Made by a program: the position numbers and the translations under genes
The notes under the pieces: generated by a model
The model's database searches: none
Told to the model about the DNA's origin: nothing
What the model saw: only the letters and a program-made list of their open reading frames with translations
Part shown: piece after piece, positions 1 to 8,398 of the stretch
How the letters are laid out: each line of letters starts with the position of its first letter
Position numbering within the stretch: position 1 is the stretch's first letter
From: an uncultured bacterium
Lineage (GTDB): Bacteria > CSSED10-310 > CAZUFC01
Assembly (NCBI GenBank): GCA_964619725.1
Contig: CAZUFC010000004.1
Span: 1-64,000, forward strand
DNA: 64,000 bases
Direction: 5' to 3'

Positions 1-80
1 GATTATTATTCACCATGAAGAGCATGAAGCACATGTAGGATGACGAGATGAATTTATCGGCATGGATTAAAAATGAATCT

Positions 81-257
81 TTTTCGCGTGGATTCGCGAA
101 AATTCGCGGATAGAAAAAAGAAAACGGTCGTATTTTTTTCTTTTGTTGACAGCCGAAGTTGAACCGTAAAAAAATTGTCCCGAAAAGATGTTTGCAAATG
201 GTGAACGAGTTTCATAAGTAATAATCGTCCGCGAAATTACGCGAATCCTCGCGAAAA
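81..257. repeat. REP-like long inverted repeat (30-bp arms, each with three TTCGCG units)
   Basis: 81-110 ttttcgcgtggattcgcgaaaattcgcgga versus the reverse complement of 228-257 (ttttcgcgaggattcgcgtaatttcgcgga): 27/30 identical, about 117 nt spacer, non-coding. Confidence 0.8.
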
Positions 258-397
258 GAGAAGAGAGGTTTGGTATTATTTATATTTAATGGCGCTTGAG
301 ATATTTGGAGCGGTTAACATTATTTCTCATTGTGATGATGGATTCCGTCATCGATTAATAATGGAAGTATTGCGGTTCCAATTTTTCCGAACATCTC

Positions 398-445
398 ATC
401 ATTTGTTTTCGATCCCGATACCGATACCGACCCCAATTACCGAAA
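398..445 (-). repeat. Dispersed intergenic repeat, copy 1 (GGGGTCGGTATCG-NNATCG type)
   Basis: Reverse complement tttcggtaattggggtcggtatcggtatcgggatcgaaaacaaatgat matches about 26010-26055. Confidence 0.7.
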
Positions 446-629
446 AAAACTGTCGAAAGTTTTGAAAGAAGTGCAGCCTCGGTTTGATCAGTTCCAAGAT
501 TCCGTTTATTTTTTTAGACGGTTAATTTTATGATGCCGGTTTTTGTTTATACAAATGATTTCATATTCCCGGCGTCCCTTCTGTCCCTTGGGTCTTTTAG
601 CCCGGATTTCTCATACAAAGTTAGGGGAA

Positions 630-2963
630 TTAATAAACAAAATAGCCCAATTCTTTCAATTGTTCTTTCAATTCTTCGTTTTCGAGTTCACCTTTGGTAA
701 GACTTGGTTTCCGGTAATGCAAGACATTTACCGCCGCATCAGATTTAAATGACGCGTTGTATTTGGGGCCCGGAGTCTGAGGTTGCAGGATAAATGAATA
801 AGGGTCTTCGTTTGCCTTGTTTTTCGCGCCTGCAGCATCGAAAGCCGAAGCTATTTCTTCGTCATCCAGTTTTATGCCGTTTATTGAGAAATCGAACAAC
901 GTCACCTGTGACGCCTGGAAAATCATCCCGCAAACCGGCATATCCTTATCAGGGGTAAGAAGTACATCAGTAACCAGCTCACCGCTTTTTAATAAAGTAA
1001 AAGAAGAATGCAATTCGGCGAAATAAGCGGTCAAGTTTTCCGGCATCGCTTTCGACTTTATTCTAAAGGATAAATCCTGTTGATCCCGGACCTCGTACCA
1101 TATCTGAACGCTGCTTTCACCTGAAACTGCTGCCTTTTCCACAGCCTCTAAAAACATTCCTTCCTCTAAATCGGTGGTTTTCAGAGGATGCAATTCTCCC
1201 GGATCAGCCTGCGTGTCGAACAATTGAGTTGTGCCTTTTGAATCGTAAATGAATTTATGGGTTTTGGTCGAGGCCGAGACGACGATGTCTGCTCTTCGCT
1301 TTCCAAACCCGTAATAATAACGGTCATTCCGTTGCGGACTGAAAAAATCAAAAAAAGCGTAATGATTTCCTCCGAATTTCCTCAACCGGTAAAGTCTGAT
1401 CAGCGTAGGAAGCGTTTCACGCGAAGAGTGTTTTTCGTTGACGATTCGGATATAGGGACTTTCGACTGGCGGTTTGAAAATAAAAGGTATTTCCATTACT
1501 TCTCTGAATACCGAGTACCCGTGAAAAAAACCTCCGTGTTCGGCGAATTCTTCACCATGATCCGAAAATAATACAATTCCTGTATCCTTGTATAAATTCT
1601 TACGTTTCAAGTATCTGATGAAATTGCCCAGGATGCCGTCCGTATAACGGATTCCGTCGTCATAATGATTGATCAAGCCATTCAACACCTTTTCTGTGCT
1701 GCTCCCAAAGGGGATAGGCGCTTCAGAACCCTGTTCAGTGAAAACTCGATTTTTCGTATTGACGTTATAAGGACGATGAATCTCATAAGTGTGAATGAAC
1801 AGGAAAAACGGTTGATGTGAGGAAAAACCGTTCAGATATTCCTGAGCTCTATCGAAGACGGCCTCAGCTCCTTTGCCCTGAAAATTGTAAATATCAAATC
1901 CCTCCGCAAAACCCCACCAGGGATTCATGTAGCCCCCTCCAGTAAAAGCCGCTGTCTTGTAGGAGGCTTCATGAAAAAATTCCGCCAGAAAAGTAATATT
2001 TTCCGGCGATGGGGTATCCTGCGCCTCCAAAGTCTGGTGTTCCGAAGGAATTTGTCCCGTCAGAAAAGTAAGCATGGAAGGCAATGTCCAGGAACTGAGG
2101 CTTTGCATATTCGAAAACAGCAAGGCCTCACGGGATAATTGATCTATCGACGGCGTAATCGCCCTGGGATATCCATAACAATGAATATGATCCGCACGAA
2201 GAGTGTCCAGGCATATCATTATCAGGTTTTTCGGTATTTTCTCCAGCGATGAAGCGTTAGATTCCAAATACGGTACGCTCCATACTGCCGATTCGTCAGA
2301 ATTTTCTCCATCCGCAGTCAATAGAATATCGATGACTTTTCCTTCATACTTATCCAAAGGTATTTTGTATTCCATCCATTGTTTTTCTGAATCTTTATTC
2401 TGCGGGTCGAGTTCATCCGCAAACGCTGTTTCAGAAAGGTCATCGCAGAGCACAATGATCCTGAATTCAATTTTTGCCGTAAATTCGGCGGAATCAGCAT
2501 CTTTGTTCTTGTCGTAAAAAACAACGCGTCCGTTAATCGCTTCACCTTTCCTTCGCTCAAAATCGATAACCCGGTCGTTTTCTGCCACAGGACGAGTCAC
2601 TCCCTCTAAAAATACTCTGTCATCCTCATATTCCTTATTCTGAGCAATTTGGGAAGATTTAATCCCGTACGCCCCACAGAACAAGTCTCCGGATTCGACG
2701 TTAATATCCGATAGCAGCAGTTTGCTGCCGCTTTCGAATGAAGGCCTGCACTCGTCCTCGAGAGAAACGTACTGCTTGTAATCTTTAAAAAATGTGAGGT
2801 TCTGATTCAACGGAGCGATTTCTGCATTATTATCATTAACATAAAAGGCGAAAAACGTTTTTAAAATTAAAAGACACATCACGACCGTAAAAATGACTGA
2901 AAAAACGTAAATCAACAAATGATCAGCCGTTGCTTTGCCGTTTGTTTTCTTTTCCATTTTCAA
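630..2963 (-). CDS. Membrane-anchored sulfatase-like hydrolase/transferase (alkaline phosphatase superfamily)
   Basis: N-terminal TM helix; LDTLRADH, SSWTLPS, FLFIHTYEIH, FSDHGEEF.EHG and C-terminal LKELGY motifs. Confidence 0.85.
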   Translation of the reverse strand: MKMEKKTNGKATADHLLIYVFSVIFTVVMCLLILKTFFAFYVNDNNAEIAPLNQNLTFFKDYKQYVSLEDECRPSFESGSKLLLSDINVESGDLFCGAYGIKSSQIAQNKEYEDDRVFLEGVTRPVAENDRVIDFERRKGEAINGRVVFYDKNKDADSAEFTAKIEFRIIVLCDDLSETAFADELDPQNKDSEKQWMEYKIPLDKYEGKVIDILLTADGENSDESAVWSVPYLESNASSLEKIPKNLIMICLDTLRADHIHCYGYPRAITPSIDQLSREALLFSNMQSLSSWTLPSMLTFLTGQIPSEHQTLEAQDTPSPENITFLAEFFHEASYKTAAFTGGGYMNPWWGFAEGFDIYNFQGKGAEAVFDRAQEYLNGFSSHQPFFLFIHTYEIHRPYNVNTKNRVFTEQGSEAPIPFGSSTEKVLNGLINHYDDGIRYTDGILGNFIRYLKRKNLYKDTGIVLFSDHGEEFAEHGGFFHGYSVFREVMEIPFIFKPPVESPYIRIVNEKHSSRETLPTLIRLYRLRKFGGNHYAFFDFFSPQRNDRYYYGFGKRRADIVVSASTKTHKFIYDSKGTTQLFDTQADPGELHPLKTTDLEEGMFLEAVEKAAVSGESSVQIWYEVRDQQDLSFRIKSKAMPENLTAYFAELHSSFTLLKSGELVTDVLLTPDKDMPVCGMIFQASQVTLFDFSINGIKLDDEEIASAFDAAGAKNKANEDPYSFILQPQTPGPKYNASFKSDAAVNVLHYRKPSLTKGELENEELKEQLKELGYFVY

Positions 2964-3103
2964 TTTAGCGGTTCCTGCGGCAGAATATTCACATTATTGA
3001 AACGGCTTTTTTGAAACCGCCCCGATAATTAATCGTAACCGCTCCTTCAACTCAGATGAATAAGAAAAAAGCCGAACGAAATTCATGCGAGCGAAGTCTC
3101 AAT

Positions 3104-4666
3104 TCAGTTTTTCAAAAAACGGAATTTCTCCCAGATATTTTTCATTACGTTCACTTTTTCCTCTGTTAATTCAGGCGTAAAATATGCCGCTTCCAGATAC
3201 ATTTCAGTTAAAACCAGGGCTTCTCGCCTGACAGAAGTCAACGGTCCGGGCAGATGATCGATCCTTTCCAGAGGCGTAAAATTCCTCAGGCGACCGTACC
3301 GTTTCATATCCGAATAAGCGGCGAAAGTAAAATAAATCTCGTTTATCGCAGAAAGGAAATCCGACTCGTCCCTGATGGTATACGGAAAAGCCCGCGTGAA
3401 AGGATTGGGTATCGTTTTTGGCTTGTTCCGCACACTCTGTTTTTTTCTTGCATATTCTTCCAGCCTGGAGCGAAGCGACTTGAAGAACAATTTAACTATA
3501 TGTCTTATTCTTTTGAGTTGCTGCAGCAGCAATTTTGCTAAAGTTTGAGAATTTTTTATTCTCTGACGAAGAAGAGGCACGCCGATTTTCATAAATATCC
3601 AGAGGAAAAAGAGGATAAAAATAGCGGCAAAAAGATAGGGCAATTGTTTAAGTATCGCCGGCAAAGCGTTCTCGGAAGTATCAGGCAGGGTCTTTACTTC
3701 GACGTTCTCTAATCTGTCAAGCAAATACATAGCATCACCGAGCGCATCTTCACTTCCGGCGTTTTCCCGGTTACTTTCGCCTTCTGGATAATCGCCATTC
3801 TGCGTCACCAGCCGCGCCTTTATTTCAAAAAAAGTCGTCTCCGAAGAGTGAGGAAGCGCTGAGGCTGTAAATAAGACAGTTAAAGCTGCGAACAAGCTGC
3901 AACACAGCCAGATTATTTGAAACTTGAATGAAACAGGATTTATTTTTTCCCGATAGACTGATTTCAGGTCCAGAAGTTGAGAAAAACTGAGAAGAACGAG
4001 AGAGAAAAACATGTAAGCGAACATTAGTATTGTTGCGTTTTCCAAATGATCTGGAGAAGAGCGTGCGAAAAACGGGAATGTAAAACCGAACGTAAATATT
4101 GCCGTCAGAGAAAGGATAATAATCAACCTTGCCGGATGCTTTCGTCGGGCGATCTTGGGTTTTTGGGGAACAGTCGTTTTTCTGCGAAGTCTTAATTCAT
4201 GCTCGAAAATTTCCTCGGGAGTCAGATTGGAATATTCTATGGACGGAACGTTTTTATCTGAAAGAGTGCATTCTCTCGTCAATTTTCCGGCGTAGCGCCA
4301 AAGCGCTCCAATAATAGCCATATTGGTCAGGAAGTATACAAACGAATATTCTTTTCCTCCCAGCCCGAAAGCGCCTTTTCGAAAACTGAACAGAGCGGTG
4401 AAGAGGAAAATGGATAAACCGAGAGGGATTTGATATTTCAAAGCATGTGATTTCGAAGTTTTTTGAAATAACCTGTTTGAAAGTACGACGGCGGGTATGA
4501 AACATGCCGTTACGAACTTCAGTTGCATAACCGAATCAGCCAGAAATATGCTTCGAAATTCAATGATATAATGAATGAAACATCCGACTGAGCCGATTAT
4601 GGCTGCGGGGATAAAGAAGTCGCGAACAATATCGAATTCAAAAGCCTGTAATTGCCGCTTCGGCAA
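3104..4666 (-). CDS. Multi-pass membrane protein with C-terminal DUF4129-like domain
   Basis: About 8 TM segments; C-terminal R..NFTPLE...LTEMYLEAAY pattern; overlaps DUF58 gene; RBS AAAGGAG before TTG. Confidence 0.6.
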   Translation of the reverse strand: MPKRQLQAFEFDIVRDFFIPAAIIGSVGCFIHYIIEFRSIFLADSVMQLKFVTACFIPAVVLSNRLFQKTSKSHALKYQIPLGLSIFLFTALFSFRKGAFGLGGKEYSFVYFLTNMAIIGALWRYAGKLTRECTLSDKNVPSIEYSNLTPEEIFEHELRLRRKTTVPQKPKIARRKHPARLIIILSLTAIFTFGFTFPFFARSSPDHLENATILMFAYMFFSLVLLSFSQLLDLKSVYREKINPVSFKFQIIWLCCSLFAALTVLFTASALPHSSETTFFEIKARLVTQNGDYPEGESNRENAGSEDALGDAMYLLDRLENVEVKTLPDTSENALPAILKQLPYLFAAIFILFFLWIFMKIGVPLLRQRIKNSQTLAKLLLQQLKRIRHIVKLFFKSLRSRLEEYARKKQSVRNKPKTIPNPFTRAFPYTIRDESDFLSAINEIYFTFAAYSDMKRYGRLRNFTPLERIDHLPGPLTSVRREALVLTEMYLEAAYFTPELTEEKVNVMKNIWEKFRFLKN

Positions 4667-5930
4667 GATTCTCTCCTTTCATCAACCGAAAGACGGGAAT
4701 TTCATCGGTGGTCAGGAAACGCTTAAATTTAAATTCTTCCGAAGGAGCATCCGTCAAAATGATGTTGATTCTGAATCCCGAACGTTTAATATGATGAAGA
4801 ATGAGTTTCGACTCTTGTGGAATTTTCGTCGTTATAATAATAAGGACATTGTTTCGGGAAAGCCGATTATATTCGGAAGCCAGCATATTCCAAAGCGTAA
4901 TTCCGTCAGTCAATTCCAATCGTGCGGCCAGGGCGTGAATATTGTGAAAGGTTTCCAATCCTTTTGAGGGAATGATTTCCAGAGGTTTTAAACGTGTGTT
5001 TCTCGACAAGCCGGAAGCTTCAAGCAGGGCCCTTTTGATATTTTTCGCGTATTTTTTGGATATTTCCCGTTCCATTCTTTCGGCTGCATCCCTGGCATTG
5101 GACAAAAAACCTACTTTTTGATTTCGCGAAGCAATGAGATGCGCCAATGAAACCGTCGTTTCGACGGCTTTTTCCGAGAGGAGAAATCCGTTTTCCTGAT
5201 CATAACTTTTTTTATGAAAATCAAGAATTAAAACCGCGCCTTCAGTCAATGTAGGCTGGAAGACTTTTGATTTGAGTTGAGCGGTTCTGGCTGTAGCTTT
5301 CCAATGAATTCGCTTGAATCCGTCCTGGGGTTGGTAATCTCTGATGCCGATAAGTCGAGTCGGGTCTTCATTCAGATTAGAACGCGTTATGTTTTCTCCC
5401 ACCGGTTTTTTCGAAACAGGCACGTAAGGGGTAAGATCATGCAATTCAGGATACACGGTGATGTAAATTGAATCCGTATAATCCAATTTATATCTCCTGA
5501 TGAAGCCGAAGAGATCGCCTGACTCCAGGATGGCCGGTCCAATGCGATAATATCCCCGGAAACGGAACAGGACTTTGTAGTTTAAATTCAAGAAATTTCC
5601 CGGTTTTATGAAAAGGGCGGCTTTGGTTTTTCCCTTGTACGGAAGAAAACCGGGAAACCATTCTCTTGCCGCCAACCAGGAGAGCGGGAAGGAGCCGTCA
5701 GACTGAAATTCGACTTTTACCTTTGCATGTTCCCCCTTTTTCAGATTGACCTTGTCGCATGATCGCTTAATCCGGATTGAATCCAAGGAAGCGCGCCCCC
5801 ATAACCGGCCGCATAATAACAGCATGATTACAACATACGAACTGAAAAGGAAAAAAGCAGATCGCAGCAAGAAAGCAATCACAAGGAAAGAAAATAATAA
5901 GATGAACCCGAGAAATTTTCCTTTTTTCAT
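4638..5930 (-). CDS. DUF58 domain protein (MoxR-associated, vWA-like)
   Basis: RGYYRIGP, DLFGF, VYP, GIRDYQPQDGFKRIHWKATAR signature; 4-nt overlap with moxR. Confidence 0.9.
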   Translation of the reverse strand: MKKGKFLGFILLFSFLVIAFLLRSAFFLFSSYVVIMLLLCGRLWGRASLDSIRIKRSCDKVNLKKGEHAKVKVEFQSDGSFPLSWLAAREWFPGFLPYKGKTKAALFIKPGNFLNLNYKVLFRFRGYYRIGPAILESGDLFGFIRRYKLDYTDSIYITVYPELHDLTPYVPVSKKPVGENITRSNLNEDPTRLIGIRDYQPQDGFKRIHWKATARTAQLKSKVFQPTLTEGAVLILDFHKKSYDQENGFLLSEKAVETTVSLAHLIASRNQKVGFLSNARDAAERMEREISKKYAKNIKRALLEASGLSRNTRLKPLEIIPSKGLETFHNIHALAARLELTDGITLWNMLASEYNRLSRNNVLIIITTKIPQESKLILHHIKRSGFRINIILTDAPSEEFKFKRFLTTDEIPVFRLMKGENLAEAAITGF

Positions 5931-6907
5931 GCCGTATAATTTTCCAACTCGGCTCTTCCGGGTACAGGAATTTTTTTCAAAATGTCCTGGATGACTTTTG
6001 AGATGGTATAGTTGCGCAACCTGCTTTCCGGATTCAGGATCAGTCGATGGCTAAATGTATTGAGACAAAGACCTTTTACATCATCCGGCAGAACGTATCT
6101 TCTACTTTTTACAGCCGTATAACTTCGGGATAACCGAAATAACGCCTGCGCAGCCCGGGGGCCTGCGCCCAATAAAAGCAGGCTCGATTCTCTCGTTGCA
6201 TTAACCAGCCTGATGATATATCTTCCTATTTCCTCATGCACGGGAATTGTTTTGACATATTCCGTCATACGGAAAAAATCATCTATTGTGACGGATGCTT
6301 CAAGTTCTTCTACCGGGTTTATGTTTTTCGTTCTTTTCAACATTTCAAGTTCAGACGTTGCCGATGGATAACCCACGGAGATGCGCATTAGAAAGCGATC
6401 TAATTGCGCTTCAGGCAGGGGAAAGGTTCCCTCATGTTCTATCGGGTTCTGAGTCGCTATAACCATAAAAGGAGCAGGAAGTTTATAAGTAACCCCGTCA
6501 ATTGTAACCTGATTTTCCGCCATGCATTCCAATAGGCTCGACTGGGTCCTGGGAGTAGCGCGATTGATTTCATCAGCAAGCAGAACATTTGTGAAAACCG
6601 GTCCTTTGCGGAATTCAAACTCGCTCGTTTTCATGTTAAAAACTGACGTACCCGTTACCTCTGTCGGCAGAAGGTCCGGAGTGCACTGTATACGACTGAA
6701 TTTGCCGCCTATCGATACGGCCAGGCATCTGGCCAGCATGGTTTTGGCGACTCCCGGAACGTCTTCGATCAGCAGATGGCCTCCGCTTAAAATGGCTGTA
6801 AGAGCCATCTCTATCGCTTCGCGTTTTCCCACTATGACTTTTTCCATGTTTTGGATTATTTTCTCACAATGTTCTTTAAATTCTGATGCCCCGTAAGCAG
6901 TCATCAT
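5927..6907 (-). CDS. moxR: MoxR family AAA+ ATPase
   Basis: HLLIEDVPGVAKT Walker A, RIQCTPDLLP, LLADEINRATPRTQSSLLE, ATQNPIEHEGTFPLPEAQLDRF. Confidence 0.95.
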   Translation of the reverse strand: MMTAYGASEFKEHCEKIIQNMEKVIVGKREAIEMALTAILSGGHLLIEDVPGVAKTMLARCLAVSIGGKFSRIQCTPDLLPTEVTGTSVFNMKTSEFEFRKGPVFTNVLLADEINRATPRTQSSLLECMAENQVTIDGVTYKLPAPFMVIATQNPIEHEGTFPLPEAQLDRFLMRISVGYPSATSELEMLKRTKNINPVEELEASVTIDDFFRMTEYVKTIPVHEEIGRYIIRLVNATRESSLLLLGAGPRAAQALFRLSRSYTAVKSRRYVLPDDVKGLCLNTFSHRLILNPESRLRNYTISKVIQDILKKIPVPGRAELENYTA

Positions 6908-6926
6908 TTTCCTCCGCCTCGTCCCC

Positions 6927-8198
6927 TCACCGATTTTGTTTTTTCAGTTTTTCACTCAACGAATAACGCAGTTTTTCTATTTGAGCCTCCGATGCCGCTC
7001 TCCATCTTTTTTGAGAAATCCGTCGATCCAGCGATACATGGTCCATATTCATGCTTGTGATGTGCCTGCCTTTAAAATTGAAAACATGAACCCGATTTTT
7101 TGATCCCATGACGATAATAGTTTTTCTGAGCGTATCGAAGAAAAATTTTTCTTTGCCGGCATTTAATGCTTCCTGCAGCGCTTTAGATGTGGGACGGTTT
7201 TGCACTCTTCTTATCTCGGAATGTTGGGTTTTGCGTTCTGATTGTCTTCCGGACCTTTCCAGCGAGCGAATAACCGACCGGAGAATACCGGGAATCTGGG
7301 ACAATAGTTTTTTTCTCTCCTTCATATTTCTAGCGGCAGCAGATTCATTGAGCCGTCGTTCGATTTGCTCCACGGTTCGGCGCAACTTTTGCATGATATA
7401 CCATATTCTATGATGCCCTACATCAACAAAGAACTCTTGACCCTTTAATTCATCAGATACCCCGCAAATGAAATTCACCGATAATCTTGTTTCGCTGTTT
7501 GATTTTCGCGATTCGACTATCTGAACTGTAAATGCAATGCGTTCGGGGCTCTCCTTAGTTTTTTCAGTATGAATGTAACCGGAAATTATCTGTCCTAAGA
7601 TATCATATGTTTTGGATGACTTTCCGTAACTGTGCAGCAGTTTACGTTTCAATTCCTTGCCCGGTATGAACAGGGAGAGGAGCCGGGGAGATTCGTCGTA
7701 AAGCTGATCAATTCTGTTGTCGTTCATATCAAGCAGGACTTGATGAAATGATCGCCACTTGGGCACCCCTGTCGAACCGAAGCCCTCAAATACATCCATG
7801 GATGAAGGGGGAAAGGAATGCTCACACAAGGAAGATTCGCACCGGTGGCAATAGACGCGACCTTTTTGAATGATGTCAGCGCGAGAGGAAATCTCGGTTA
7901 AGGCTTCCAGCAGTTGTTCATATAATGTTAGCGAACTGTTCAGGCGCCAGCGGGAAGGACGACCGTTGGTACTGATCTGAAAATTCAATTCTAAAGGCAA
8001 ATCAAGCGTTTCAGTCTTATTTAGTCCGAATTTTTCTTTATAAATATCTTTCAATAACTCGAATAATTCTTCTTCAAGGCGTTCGGCTTTCGCTTCCAGC
8101 GCGGATTCTGAATTTGACAGGAGCTGCTCGCTGTCGGAATTTTTGAGCGGTTCCGAACTCGACGATTTTTCATCTCGTGAAAAAGCATTCTCTTTCAC
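6927..8198 (-). CDS. Hypothetical cytoplasmic protein with CxxCx4CxH motif; first gene of moxR operon
   Basis: 423-aa ORF, GTG start with AAAGGAGG RBS, 19 nt upstream of moxR; GRVYCHRCESSLCEH. Confidence 0.75.
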   Translation of the reverse strand: MKENAFSRDEKSSSSEPLKNSDSEQLLSNSESALEAKAERLEEELFELLKDIYKEKFGLNKTETLDLPLELNFQISTNGRPSRWRLNSSLTLYEQLLEALTEISSRADIIQKGRVYCHRCESSLCEHSFPPSSMDVFEGFGSTGVPKWRSFHQVLLDMNDNRIDQLYDESPRLLSLFIPGKELKRKLLHSYGKSSKTYDILGQIISGYIHTEKTKESPERIAFTVQIVESRKSNSETRLSVNFICGVSDELKGQEFFVDVGHHRIWYIMQKLRRTVEQIERRLNESAAARNMKERKKLLSQIPGILRSVIRSLERSGRQSERKTQHSEIRRVQNRPTSKALQEALNAGKEKFFFDTLRKTIIVMGSKNRVHVFNFKGRHITSMNMDHVSLDRRISQKRWRAASEAQIEKLRYSLSEKLKKQNR

Positions 8199-8262
8199 GA
8201 TTGATCAACCTCCTTTCAATCATTAGATTTTAAATAATTGGGGATTATTAGGCAAATAATTC

Positions 8263-8303
8263 ATCCGTGCCTGACCGCGAAGGTTTCGCGGTCAGGCACG
8301 GAT
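8263..8303. repeat. Perfect 19-bp inverted repeat (hairpin)
   Basis: atccgtgcctgaccgcgaa-ggt-ttcgcggtcaggcacggat. Confidence 0.85.
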
Positions 8304-8310
8304 AAAAATA

Positions 8311-8337
8311 AAAAAGGGCTGTCTTTTCAGACAGCCC
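8311..8337 (-). terminator. Rho-independent terminator of the FG-GAP gene
   Basis: gggctgtct-tttc-agacagccc stem followed on the minus strand by a T-run (aaaaa at 8311-8315). Confidence 0.75.
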
Positions 8338-8398
8338 CTTGAGTTTGGGGGGTGGGTGTGGTGGGTTGAGGAAACTTCCCTGGAGCTTATCAAGAAGC

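Noticed and set aside
11-445. CRISPR array
   Set aside because: The repeats are short, degenerate or inverted, with no constant repeat-spacer period and no cas genes
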